Source: a virus. From it: 64,000 nt of DNA. Positions 47,353-56,601 of the stretch are shown here, piece after piece. The stretch's first letter is position 1, and every line of letters begins with the position of its first letter. The notes beneath the pieces are model-generated. The model ran no database searches and was not told the DNA's origin. It worked only from the letters and a program-made list of their open reading frames with translations. The stretch is from the IMG/VR virus record IMGVR_UViG_3300050821_002957, positions 207,192 through 271,191 of that record, one strand, 5' to 3'. A program made the position numbers and the translations under genes.

Positions 47353-48108
47353 TCATGATCCATTGCAATTTTCACAGTTGACCGCTGGAATAGGATACTC
47401 GCCGCAGACGCACAAACGCTCTCTACGCTGTTCAAATGCTTCCTGAAGGTTCGGAGTGCCTGGAAGCGCCGCAAGCTCTTGGAACGCTTCTCTTACGTTT
47501 TTTATCACGTCCGAATTTTGTGTCCCTTCTTGAATGTGCTTGTGCAGCAGTTCGGTCGGCTGATAGTTGTGCAAAAAATGCCACAGTTCCATTGCACCCG
47601 ACATCAGAGCCAGATCACGATAGAAATGTGGAGCCTGCTTGAAACGGTTCGCCTTCTTGCTTCCCTTTTCGTCGGGATCGCCACCAAGCGCACGATAAGC
47701 TGTGTCGTAGTCGGCCATGACACCATCAAGATCGACATAGACAACACCAGTCGTTTTGGACCAGTCGATTTCTTTTAATTTACGGATGCAGCTTTCGGCG
47801 TCTTTGTAGATGATTGCGATTCCCCCGGCATTGATCCACTCAGAGCAATTCTTGGTGTTGTCGTCGATCAGCACATCACCCTTTTTGCAGAGCTTTTGTT
47901 TGTCCTGAGGATAGGCGACGACATGAACCTTCGGCCCTGTCATGTGCAGATGCAGGGCGACCCACTCGATTTTGTCATCGTAGCTGGTCTTTAGGTAATT
48001 CGATTTTGCGCTTAAGATTCTGATGTCTAGCATACCAGTATCTATCGTAGCATACATAGCACTGTCAGCACAACATACACCAATGAAGAAACGTGATGCC
48101 ATCCTCAA
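47353..48108 (-). CDS. circularly permuted deoxyribonucleotidase-like HAD paralog with C-terminal Zn finger
   Basis: N-half aligns to residues ~70-160 of 42384-42992 (KGDVLIDD...AGGIAIIY), C-half to residues ~1-70 (VYVDLDGVMADYD...FYRDL). Confidence 0.5.
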   Translation of the reverse strand: MRMASRFFIGVCCADSAMYATIDTGMLDIRILSAKSNYLKTSYDDKIEWVALHLHMTGPKVHVVAYPQDKQKLCKKGDVLIDDNTKNCSEWINAGGIAIIYKDAESCIRKLKEIDWSKTTGVVYVDLDGVMADYDTAYRALGGDPDEKGSKKANRFKQAPHFYRDLALMSGAMELWHFLHNYQPTELLHKHIQEGTQNSDVIKNVREAFQELAALPGTPNLQEAFEQRRERLCVCGEYPIPAVNCENCNGS

Positions 48109-48261
48109 ACTCGATTCGCTAGAGTGGGCGTTCGAGTGTCATCTGAAATCAAAACTTCCAAGTGATCTGAATTTGACAGACGAGTTTATGACTCTGTTCT
48201 ACGAGCGGACGAAGGAATTGAAAGATGCAATCCAGGCTCTACCGGGCGACAAGAATCACGG

Positions 48262-48852
48262 CTAGTTGTTTTTGTAGCTGCGATTGAAGACGCTTACAAT
48301 TTCTTCGGTGAATGAAAGCCTGAACGACGGCGGCTGGACGGCTGTATAATCCCATCCCATAGCAACGGCATAACTCAGTGAGATGTGCGGAACGAACCTA
48401 TGATACACCATGTCTACACCGTGCTCAACTGCAAAATTCCATTGCCGGTCCAGTTCGTTGCATTCAAAAAATAGAGCGAAGGCAGGTCCAATGGTTCCAA
48501 GAATGTAAGTTTCTGGGGCGATGTGAATTTGGCGACGGTCTGGAATGTATTCAGGAGGGAGTTGATTGCAGGCACAGACAACACTACAGTGGAGCTTTTC
48601 TTTTGCAAGAGGACTCGGAATGTGTTGATCCGAAAGCCATTCGTACAAAAGGTTGCGTGATTGAGTTTCTAGCGCCCGAAGTGAATAAACAGCCTCTTCG
48701 TGGTTTGCCTTTCGGTCTGATGCAACTTGGACCAGCACTTGATTATTTAGCTTTCTGTGAAGAGAGTTGCAGGCGGTGGAATGAACTGGAAATGTGGGCC
48801 TTTGTAATGAAAGCCGTGGACGTAACTCATGGTTTGGCAGGAATTGTACCAT
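48262..48852 (-). CDS. 2H phosphoesterase superfamily protein (LigT / Acb1-like fold)
   Basis: two H-x-S-x motifs (HCSV, HISL) about 75 aa apart. Confidence 0.45.
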   Translation of the reverse strand: MVQFLPNHELRPRLSLQRPTFPVHSTACNSLHRKLNNQVLVQVASDRKANHEEAVYSLRALETQSRNLLYEWLSDQHIPSPLAKEKLHCSVVCACNQLPPEYIPDRRQIHIAPETYILGTIGPAFALFFECNELDRQWNFAVEHGVDMVYHRFVPHISLSYAVAMGWDYTAVQPPSFRLSFTEEIVSVFNRSYKNN

Positions 48853-49205
48853 TCGACAATTTGCCTTGCATCGTCGCCTTCTGCAATGTCTTGAGAGCCA
48901 TCGTCATAACGGATGTTGATGTAAATTGCTTTATTCTGTTCGGGCACATTTTGAGTATAGCACCGTCGCCACAGGCGTCAAATTTTCTTCTTTGCCCATC
49001 CTTCTGGTGACGTTATTTCGGTGCCGAGAAAATACATGGGATCGAAGTCCAGATCACCGATACCTCGTTTCAACACCTTTTCGGGACTGACAATTTTTGA
49101 AGCCTGGACACCCTCTACAAAGCCGGGTTCCCGTTCGGCCTTATAGTCAAGGAATTCCAATGTGTGCGCCAGGGCTATGATCTCTTTGCTCTTGTCCATT
49201 GTGTG

Positions 49206-49556
49206 TCAGACTTCCTTCAGAACGGTTTCAGCTTCATCTGCGGTGAAGTATCCGACTTTTCCTTTGCCGCACAACCATACTAGCGAATTGCAACAGTGAC
49301 GGGCAACATGGCTTCCATATCCGGCGTCCTTCAGGCGTTGGATCAGATCGTCGCTGATGTATTTGTTGCCATCGCTGTACGGTTCGGTGAAGGCTTCGAG
49401 TGCCTTGCGAATGGTGCTAAGTGCGGTGCGATACTTGTCGGTATGCTCGTCGATTTCTTTCCAGCCTTCATCGGTGAGATTAAACATCATCGAACGATAG
49501 CTGGCAAGCAAACCGTCTTCGAGTTCACTGAATGCTTCTTCAAGTTCGGGCGTCAT
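49206..49556 (-). CDS. hypothetical protein
   Basis: 116-aa ORF. Confidence 0.4.
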   Translation of the reverse strand: MTPELEEAFSELEDGLLASYRSMMFNLTDEGWKEIDEHTDKYRTALSTIRKALEAFTEPYSDGNKYISDDLIQRLKDAGYGSHVARHCCNSLVWLCGKGKVGYFTADEAETVLKEV

Positions 49557-50496
49557 AGTCCTCCGGTCAGCTTCTTGATTGCTTCGTCATCAAGGCCATA
49601 CTTCTCGGCGACCAATGCGGCGTGGTCTGGCTTCAGTGGCAATGGTACGGCCCGGTAATAGCGCCAGAGGCCGTTATGACGCTCTTCGATACGCATGGTC
49701 TTCGGACAAATCTTCATCCGCACGTCGGGCACAGTAAGATGCATGAACCACATTAGCGTTCAATCCCAGACTTGTTGTACCAGTCGTAAAAGTTCGGCCC
49801 ATGGAACGCCGTAAACGAATCAAGAACACGCCTCCTCCGCAGCTTGCCAAACCGGATTTTTCGGAAGTGATCAAGATGATCCAGGATGGCTTGCAGGCTG
49901 CTCTGGATCACACAAGAGACGACCGAATGCCGGTGACTCATGATGACTTCAGCCACTACCTTGAAGAGGAAGTTTTCAAGGCGATCTGGGACCATCGTCT
50001 ATTTTCCGACCGTCCAGTACATTGAAGAGGAAAACTAATATGCCAATGCCGAAACTTCATACTCTTTCCGATGCCGAACTCGAAGCGGAACTAAGACCTA
50101 ATGAATCGCTGGCGACAGACTTTGGATATTTGACAATTTGATGATCGTCGGCATCCATGTTGTTTTCGGCTATGGTGCGACCGAGTTCGAGCATGAATTG
50201 AAGATCACTTATGCCTTCAGGCTTGACGGCGAGACAGGTTTTGCCATACATACCCCGACCCGAATAAGAACGGGTTTCATGCCCCATATCGTTAATCAAT
50301 TCTTGAAGTGTCATTTTAATTCTCCTGGAGGCGACGGTAGTATTCTTTCTTGGTACATCTCATAAGTGGTTCCCGGCGACGTGCAGCCAATACCTCTGCT
50401 GCAATGCTGTTTCCGACATCGGCACAACGTTGTAATTCGGCGTCAGAAAATTCGCTGTAGTTGGTGACAGCGTTCGCCAAATGTTCGGGCGACAAT

Positions 50497-50835
50497 TTAT
50501 CGTTCATGTTGTGCCTTGATTTCGCTGAGGGGCGTCGGTTTGAACCACAGATCACGCTCGATCTTGAGGCCCAGCGGGAGACGAACGCTTTCGAGTTCGT
50601 GAAGATTGAAATAGCCGAGTTCGTTATCGAAGCCGACGACATAACCAAAAAACAGCCACGTCTTGATTTCCTTGCCGTTTTCGTCTTCGATGACTTCTTC
50701 CTGGCCTTCGGTGGCGTACCAAGTCCAGCTACCGACCGGCGAGAAAAATTTGACGTGAACGGTGGGATTGGGGTTCTTTTCTTGAGAGTACAATTTCGGG
50801 AGCCGATTCTTGATCTCTGCTGTCATCATCTTCAT
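50497..50835 (-). CDS. DUF2958-family protein
   Basis: FFSPVGSWTWYATEG...LFFGYVVGFDNELGYFNLHELE. Confidence 0.5.
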   Translation of the reverse strand: MKMMTAEIKNRLPKLYSQEKNPNPTVHVKFFSPVGSWTWYATEGQEEVIEDENGKEIKTWLFFGYVVGFDNELGYFNLHELESVRLPLGLKIERDLWFKPTPLSEIKAQHER

Positions 50836-50841
50836 AATCTA

Positions 50842-50881
50842 ATCCTAACAGGTTCGAGGGCGAATGTCAATAGACGTATCT
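50842..50881 (-). promoter_or_regulatory. promoter AGATACGTCT-A-TTGACA / 17 nt / extended -10 TGtTAGGAT, leaderless (ATG 6 nt after -10)
   Basis: RC read directly. Confidence 0.45.
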
Positions 50882-51155
50882 ACTTTTTATCACCAATCAG
50901 TTCGTCAATAATGGCTTCTAGACCGACATGAATAATGGTGAATCCGTCCGCATCATTCATGGTTTTGGGGTAGCTGACATTAAGATCATGGCGGGAATGT
51001 TTGAAAATGTACGTCAACAGTGAGCCGTCCCGTTTGGCGTCCAAATACAGCACTAATCCCATCTCTCCGAAGTGCTTTAAAAACAAGCGCTTGAGATCCT
51101 CAGGAAACGCCAGATCATCGGCCAGCTTTAACTGCTCCAACGTGTAGGCTTTCAT
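50880..51155 (-). CDS. hypothetical protein
   Basis: 91-aa ORF. Confidence 0.4.
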   Translation of the reverse strand: MKAYTLEQLKLADDLAFPEDLKRLFLKHFGEMGLVLYLDAKRDGSLLTYIFKHSRHDLNVSYPKTMNDADGFTIIHVGLEAIIDELIGDKK

Positions 51156-51162
51156 ACTTCCA

Positions 51163-51203
51163 ATCCTATCAGGTTCAAGGGTTAAAAGTCAACTAGATGT
51201 ATC
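51163..51203 (-). promoter_or_regulatory. paralogous promoter GATACATCT-AG-TTGACT / 18 nt / TGaTAGGAT, leaderless
   Basis: shares GAACCTGWTAGGATT with promoter at 50842. Confidence 0.45.
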
Positions 51204-51788
51204 AGTTTTTTCGTACCAATTTGGCGGCATCGGGGTCCAGCTTTTCGTGTCCCGAATGTCGCAAGGCACGTCGGCGTCTTGTGGCCGTAGATGCTTGTGG
51301 TATGCGTGTAGGCGACGTTGAAATTTGGAAGTGCTCAGATAGTCCCCAAGCGTCATCGGTGCGTCTACGTGCGCCGGATTGAGTTCACCGCAGGTTGTAC
51401 AACGACGCAGCAGAAAATCGTGATCGCATTCGGTAGTGGCAGACGATGCATTCACAGTAGTGATGTCGTACCGTGTGAATGTTTCATTCGAGTCCCAACA
51501 AAGCGTGAGCGGTTCGATTTCCCTTATTGTTGCGGTGACAAAACGTGTTCCCTTCTCCTTGGACTCGACAAAAATTTTGAAGGATTCTTGCGTCATTAAC
51601 AGACGTTCAATCACATCACGATAGGTCAAATCTTCATCATCTAAAATACGAATTTTCCACTCACCTTCGCCCGGAAGTTCCCATGCGCCAGCAAGACATT
51701 CTTTCAATCCAGGATGAAGCAGTCGTACCCGAAGATTTGGTCGTTCGATTGGATTGAATTTACCGAAGTTAACGATGCTGAATGCCAT
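51189..51788 (-). CDS. hypothetical protein
   Basis: 199-aa ORF. Confidence 0.45.
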   Translation of the reverse strand: MAFSIVNFGKFNPIERPNLRVRLLHPGLKECLAGAWELPGEGEWKIRILDDEDLTYRDVIERLLMTQESFKIFVESKEKGTRFVTATIREIEPLTLCWDSNETFTRYDITTVNASSATTECDHDFLLRRCTTCGELNPAHVDAPMTLGDYLSTSKFQRRLHAYHKHLRPQDADVPCDIRDTKSWTPMPPNWYEKTDTSS

Positions 51789-51794
51789 GACGCT

Positions 51795-52358
51795 TTATTT
51801 AGTGGCCTCTTCCAAATTTAAATGGGCCTTCACTTCGTACTTGTCGTAAAAATATGGAGTGTGGTAGATCGGTTTTCGTTCGTTGAATGCGGCTAGAATT
51901 TTTTTGCGTTCGATCTTGAAGATAGCATCTGGAACGAACGCATATTCTTTGCGAATCAGTTCGGTGTTCGCAGCAAAATGATCGACGGCCAGTGAAGTGA
52001 GATCAATGTCGCAAATCAATTTTTCGTCGTTGGTTTCTGGTTTGAATCTATCAATATGCTTGGTCACCAGGATATAACGTTTGACACGTTGTGCGAATGC
52101 TTCGTCGTATCCTTCTCGCAAGGCAGCTTCATAAGCAGAATCCGCCGACCGTTCTTCGTTATCAGTGAATTCGCCTTCGTAGATGTAGTCATGAAACCAC
52201 CATGCAAATCGAAATGCTTCTTCGTCGTCAACATGCACCCCGGCCTGAAGTGCCTCACGGAGTTCTTTGAAACCGTCAGCAATGTGATCTAGATTGTGAA
52301 AAAAGCGATTCGGACGCCTGTATCCGTAATACAGTTGAACAAGGGTTTGTTGATTCAT
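51795..52358 (-). CDS. HD-domain metal-dependent phosphohydrolase (COG4339-like)
   Basis: FHNLDH ... WWFHDYIY. Confidence 0.45.
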   Translation of the reverse strand: MNQQTLVQLYYGYRRPNRFFHNLDHIADGFKELREALQAGVHVDDEEAFRFAWWFHDYIYEGEFTDNEERSADSAYEAALREGYDEAFAQRVKRYILVTKHIDRFKPETNDEKLICDIDLTSLAVDHFAANTELIRKEYAFVPDAIFKIERKKILAAFNERKPIYHTPYFYDKYEVKAHLNLEEATK

Positions 52359-52581
52359 GAAACGTGGAAGGTGACCACTGGCTTAACTTTATGTACAGTC
52401 ACCATCGTTTCCTTTCCGGTATAACCATACACCAATTCTATAGCACCGAATTTGAGGTCATAATGCCATCCAGCGAGCCAATAGCGTTCTAAGCTATAGG
52501 TGCCGCATTGCATCACAACCTCATGTCCGATTACTATGTGGTGGCCTTCAAAAGACATCATAACATGAATCGTATGGATGT

Positions 52582-54135
52582 CTACTTCAGAACGTGGAAA
52601 GGATTGTGGTGTGGTTGTTCGCCGCCCGGTTTCGGATGATTAATGCGAATGATACCGTCAGGATCTACCTTGTTTGCGAATTTACCAGCAGCATCGTTGG
52701 TTACGCCTTTGAGACGAAGACCCGAAACGACTCCGCTGTGTTCATCATGGCCGTGACCGTTGGTGTGCTTGATGCCCAATTGTTGATGACGGTCGAATGT
52801 ATTATCGTCTTCGTCACCGTTTGCAATTGGATAACGATGGCCGCTCGATACATCTTCTACGTGTGTCGGATGAGGAGTATCCTTACCACGGTGGTGAACC
52901 ATTGCGACGACGTGACCATTCTTCAATGCATGAACAACGTCTTTATCGTTGCTTTCGGAGTGGCCTGTACCAGTATGAGACAAACTCAAATGGTAATTTT
53001 CTGGTTTGTTCGGATTGTGAAGACGGCCCGGAATTTTGGTATAATCATAAAATTGCGAACCATGATGACGCTCGAAAAATTTCTTCGGCATCAAGTGTTC
53101 GTAAGGGATGTCAGACGTAACATTTAGACGCACACCGGATTGGTGAGGATTTGGCGTAACTTTGTCGATCTTTCCGCCATGCTCTTTAATGTGGGCTTGT
53201 GCTTCTTGTTTGGTGTTAAACTGGTGTTCGCCAACATGATGAGTCTTTACGTTCGCAGCTTCTTTTTCGTTGCGTGAAATTTCGTGGGACAACAAACGTG
53301 CGGCATGTTCAGGATGCTCATGGACGTAATGTGTACGCAGAACCTTTGCTCGTAATGCTGCTTCAGGATATTGACGATTTCCACCAGCAGTCAGGCCGAG
53401 ACAATTCTTGCGGCATTCACCAGACGCCTTCGGGCATAGATCGTGCTTGTATCCAGAGTGTGTGCTTGGAGCCATTGCGAGACCAACTGTCTTTACGCCA
53501 GCACCGCTGCTCTTACGAGTCTTGCCATTTTCACCCATCAAATTTGCTTGACCGTTCTTTGCGTGACCACCACGTTCGTGCATGAATTGACGGAAATGCT
53601 TTTGTGCTTCTTTGGCCTTTTGTTCGGTGACCTTTGGGTGTTCGCCTTCTGGAAATGCAGCATGGAAGCCTGCCTTCATATGCTGGAATGGATTGCCGCC
53701 TTGCTTGTCCAGCGCTTCACGACCCTTTGCCTGAATGTCTTTGACCGGAAATGCATCTTCCGTCATAGAACTTTTCTGCGATTTTCCTGGTTTGCCGGAA
53801 CGAGTCATGTTCATCCAGGGCGAAGACAGGTGATGCAAGAAGTTATGAACGATAGGATAGTCGAGGAGAGTCTTCTTGGTGCCTTTCTTTTCGATGAGTA
53901 TTTGCGGCTGTTCGTACAGAAATTCGATCTCTGCTTTGTCAAGTTCAAGAGTTTCATCAAGCAGGAGGGCAGCTTGGGTATCGAAAGATTCTACAACTTC
54001 TTTGGTTTCGATCTTTGCTTTGTACTCTTCTGCAAGCTCTTTGTCCATTTTGATGATGTCGGTCAAAAGGTTCTTACCAAAGAACTTGGCGTAATTTTTT
54101 TCGGTTAGGTCGGCCATTATTATCCCTCGACCCAT
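52582..54135 (-). CDS. large histidine-rich protein (alternative ATG 54117 with GAGGG SD)
   Basis: 517 aa; His-rich C-terminal half; GCTAAATAT box overlaps first ATG. Confidence 0.5.
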   Translation of the reverse strand: MGRGIIMADLTEKNYAKFFGKNLLTDIIKMDKELAEEYKAKIETKEVVESFDTQAALLLDETLELDKAEIEFLYEQPQILIEKKGTKKTLLDYPIVHNFLHHLSSPWMNMTRSGKPGKSQKSSMTEDAFPVKDIQAKGREALDKQGGNPFQHMKAGFHAAFPEGEHPKVTEQKAKEAQKHFRQFMHERGGHAKNGQANLMGENGKTRKSSGAGVKTVGLAMAPSTHSGYKHDLCPKASGECRKNCLGLTAGGNRQYPEAALRAKVLRTHYVHEHPEHAARLLSHEISRNEKEAANVKTHHVGEHQFNTKQEAQAHIKEHGGKIDKVTPNPHQSGVRLNVTSDIPYEHLMPKKFFERHHGSQFYDYTKIPGRLHNPNKPENYHLSLSHTGTGHSESNDKDVVHALKNGHVVAMVHHRGKDTPHPTHVEDVSSGHRYPIANGDEDDNTFDRHQQLGIKHTNGHGHDEHSGVVSGLRLKGVTNDAAGKFANKVDPDGIIRINHPKPGGEQPHHNPFHVLK

Positions 54136-54157
54136 ATTTAGCGTTATAGATACCCTT

Positions 54158-54514
54158 GTGGATTTGCTACCTTTTCATTCTATCTTTCACATAAACAACG
54201 AGAAGTTACAGAATTTAGACCCGGCGACAAGGCAGAGATATCTCTTGCTTCTGGACGAAGTGCCGGAACCCAACTGGATCGAGACCGTAATCAGAGTTAT
54301 TACGTTCTTGAAAAATGTACGAGAGGGTCTGTCTGAGAAGGACCCAGGCGATGCTGTAATGCTAGTCTCGAACGTAGTTGATCTAATAGATCAGGTGTTA
54401 GAAAGTCCAAATGTGGCTGGTCCAGCATTTGAGTTTGTCGAGCATAATCGACGTGCCATTGACATAATTGCTTTGGAACAGATGATGGCCGACTTGCCCG
54501 ATACAACAGCGTGA
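54158..54514 (+). CDS. hypothetical protein (antiparallel overlap with 54300-54851)
   Basis: 118 aa, normal composition. Confidence 0.3.
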   Translation: MDLLPFHSIFHINNEKLQNLDPATRQRYLLLLDEVPEPNWIETVIRVITFLKNVREGLSEKDPGDAVMLVSNVVDLIDQVLESPNVAGPAFEFVEHNRRAIDIIALEQMMADLPDTTA

Positions 54515-54851
54515 GTGTCAGGTCGGGTGAATCCAAAAGAGTGTACTCGTCGCCTTCGTTCAAGTTAACTGTAAAATTCCAATCCAACCAGACATCACCA
54601 GAAGTGTTGGTTGTAATTGTCGTCGGATGGTTGTGTCCAAGGTCTGCTGAATAGATGTTTGAGACTAATAATGCTTCTTGAGTGATGCCATTCACACCAA
54701 ACTCATTTTGAACATCTAATGGATGAGGAACGGCAAACTCATGGACCATGCTTTCGTTCACTCGGACCACCAGATGATCATTCGCCCATCGGATACGAAT
54801 TTGATTGGTATCTTTAGCTTCAAATACTGCTTCCATTTTTGTACCTCTCAA
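54300..54851 (-). CDS. hypothetical protein; real 3' end uncertain
   Basis: N-terminal ~110 aa look coding, C-terminal part looks like antisense of plus ORF. Confidence 0.3.
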   Translation of the reverse strand: MRGTKMEAVFEAKDTNQIRIRWANDHLVVRVNESMVHEFAVPHPLDVQNEFGVNGITQEALLVSNIYSADLGHNHPTTITTNTSGDVWLDWNFTVNLNEGDEYTLLDSPDLTLTLLYRASRPSSVPKQLCQWHVDYARQTQMLDQPHLDFLTPDLLDQLRSRLALQHRLGPSQTDPLVHFSRT

Positions 54852-55676
54852 TTGCCTCTTCGGGCGTCAACGATGTGGTGCGACACTCGACAAAGCGGTC
54901 GCAGTTTTTCATCATGACATCTTTTGGTAAGAGACGTAAATCAACATACTGCGGAGAGATGCCTTCAGGCAATACTTCGTACAATTCGTAATCGTCCATC
55001 CAACATCGATCATCAAGACGCTGGTCACGATGTTTGCGAATTGCTTCACGCAGGCGAATAATCTCGTAGATGGCATCTTTACCCGAGAATCCTTCAAGGT
55101 CGTCATTATCGTTCATTTTTTGAAGTCTCGAAATAAATCGATTCCTTTGCTGAATGGTGTATCAATGCCGAAAAAGGGTAGAACACAAAACCCTACCATC
55201 AAAATCCAGGCAAAGCAGAACAAAATAAAAATGATGTCTTGATTTTCGTTAAGGAATGATTTCGTTTCGTCTTCTTTGTCGGGCATGGAATTCCTCTTCC
55301 GTCTCGCAGATGTAGTCCCGGCTGTCTATGAAACGATCCGGTCTACAGTGAACGCATCCGGCTCGACTTGAGATGTGTGTATGACAGACGCAGAAACCTT
55401 TAATATGGGAGTTCGGTGGCGGTGGGAGGGAAGTTGTTTCCGTTTTCGTAGAGCCACTCGTGGTCCACCCATACCTCTCGCACACTGATTCCCAAAGCTC
55501 TAAAAATTTCATCTTCAGTGAGGACATGGTTTTCGATTATCTTTCTACCATCAACATACATCGCAGTCCAGTCGTCCGCTTTAGCAATTATAACATCTCG
55601 TGGATCTGCTTTGGCGACTTCTTTAATGGCCTGTACTTGATGGAAAGCAGCAATGTTCTTTTGTGCTGTGCTCATG

Positions 55677-56060
55677 TTACCACTTTGGGCGAGGAATGTT
55701 GTCGAGGTCGATGTCGTCATCTTTCAATTCCTCTTCGGTTAACTGTAATGATTCACGTAGATTTTTGAAATAGTCTTCCATATGCTTTTCACGTTCCGGC
55801 GTCATGGCAACATTTCCACCCCACTTGTTAATGACGCTGACCGGACGATCCCACTCAGAAGGACAGGGAATCAAACTCTTTGAGACTCGCTTGCCTTCAA
55901 AATTTGTATAGGTAACTAGTTCGTCAGAGTGGCCGGTAAAGGCGATGCCCCACATCTTGCGAAGCTCTTGCCAATCTGGATGAACATCACAGTATTTGCA
56001 TTCACCAGGAGCGTGCAACACTTTCGCATCGCAATGTGGATATTGTTCAATATGTTTCAT
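55677..56060 (-). CDS. hypothetical protein
   Basis: 127-aa ORF. Confidence 0.4.
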   Translation of the reverse strand: MKHIEQYPHCDAKVLHAPGECKYCDVHPDWQELRKMWGIAFTGHSDELVTYTNFEGKRVSKSLIPCPSEWDRPVSVINKWGGNVAMTPEREKHMEDYFKNLRESLQLTEEELKDDDIDLDNIPRPKW

Positions 56061-56601
56061 TTAATACTATTGACCGCCATCTGAATATTGTCTCGCAATT
56101 CACGAAATAGAGACAAAGGCATTTCATCAGGCATTTCGTCACTTAATGCCCAACCACCAATGTGTTGCTCGACGATATTCATAATTTGTTCTTCGTGTTT
56201 ACGACAACATTCGTTCATTGTTCTTCGCTTTTCCAATACGCTGCCATGTGCATACGCTCTAGCAGGCGACCCAAGTCTTCGATGGTGCATTTTGCGTCAT
56301 CAATCGTGTCGAGATCGATGTCCATTGGTCCAGGGATACCAAGCACATATACTGCTTCGTTTAGCCATTCAATTGACTTTAGAACTGCCTTGTATTGGCG
56401 CTTGGTAGCCTTGTAGCGCTGCTCAAAATCATGCTCATCGAGTGAGTCAAGATCCTGTTTCGCTATTTCAATTTCGTCTGTGTGTTCAATCATATTTTAG
56501 TGGTTGCACATGAAACAGTTACAACCATACGTATGGCCGGTCTTAGGATCGGTCGCCCTAGCGTAAATTTTTTCTTCCAAATCCTTGTGTAACATGTTTC
56601 C

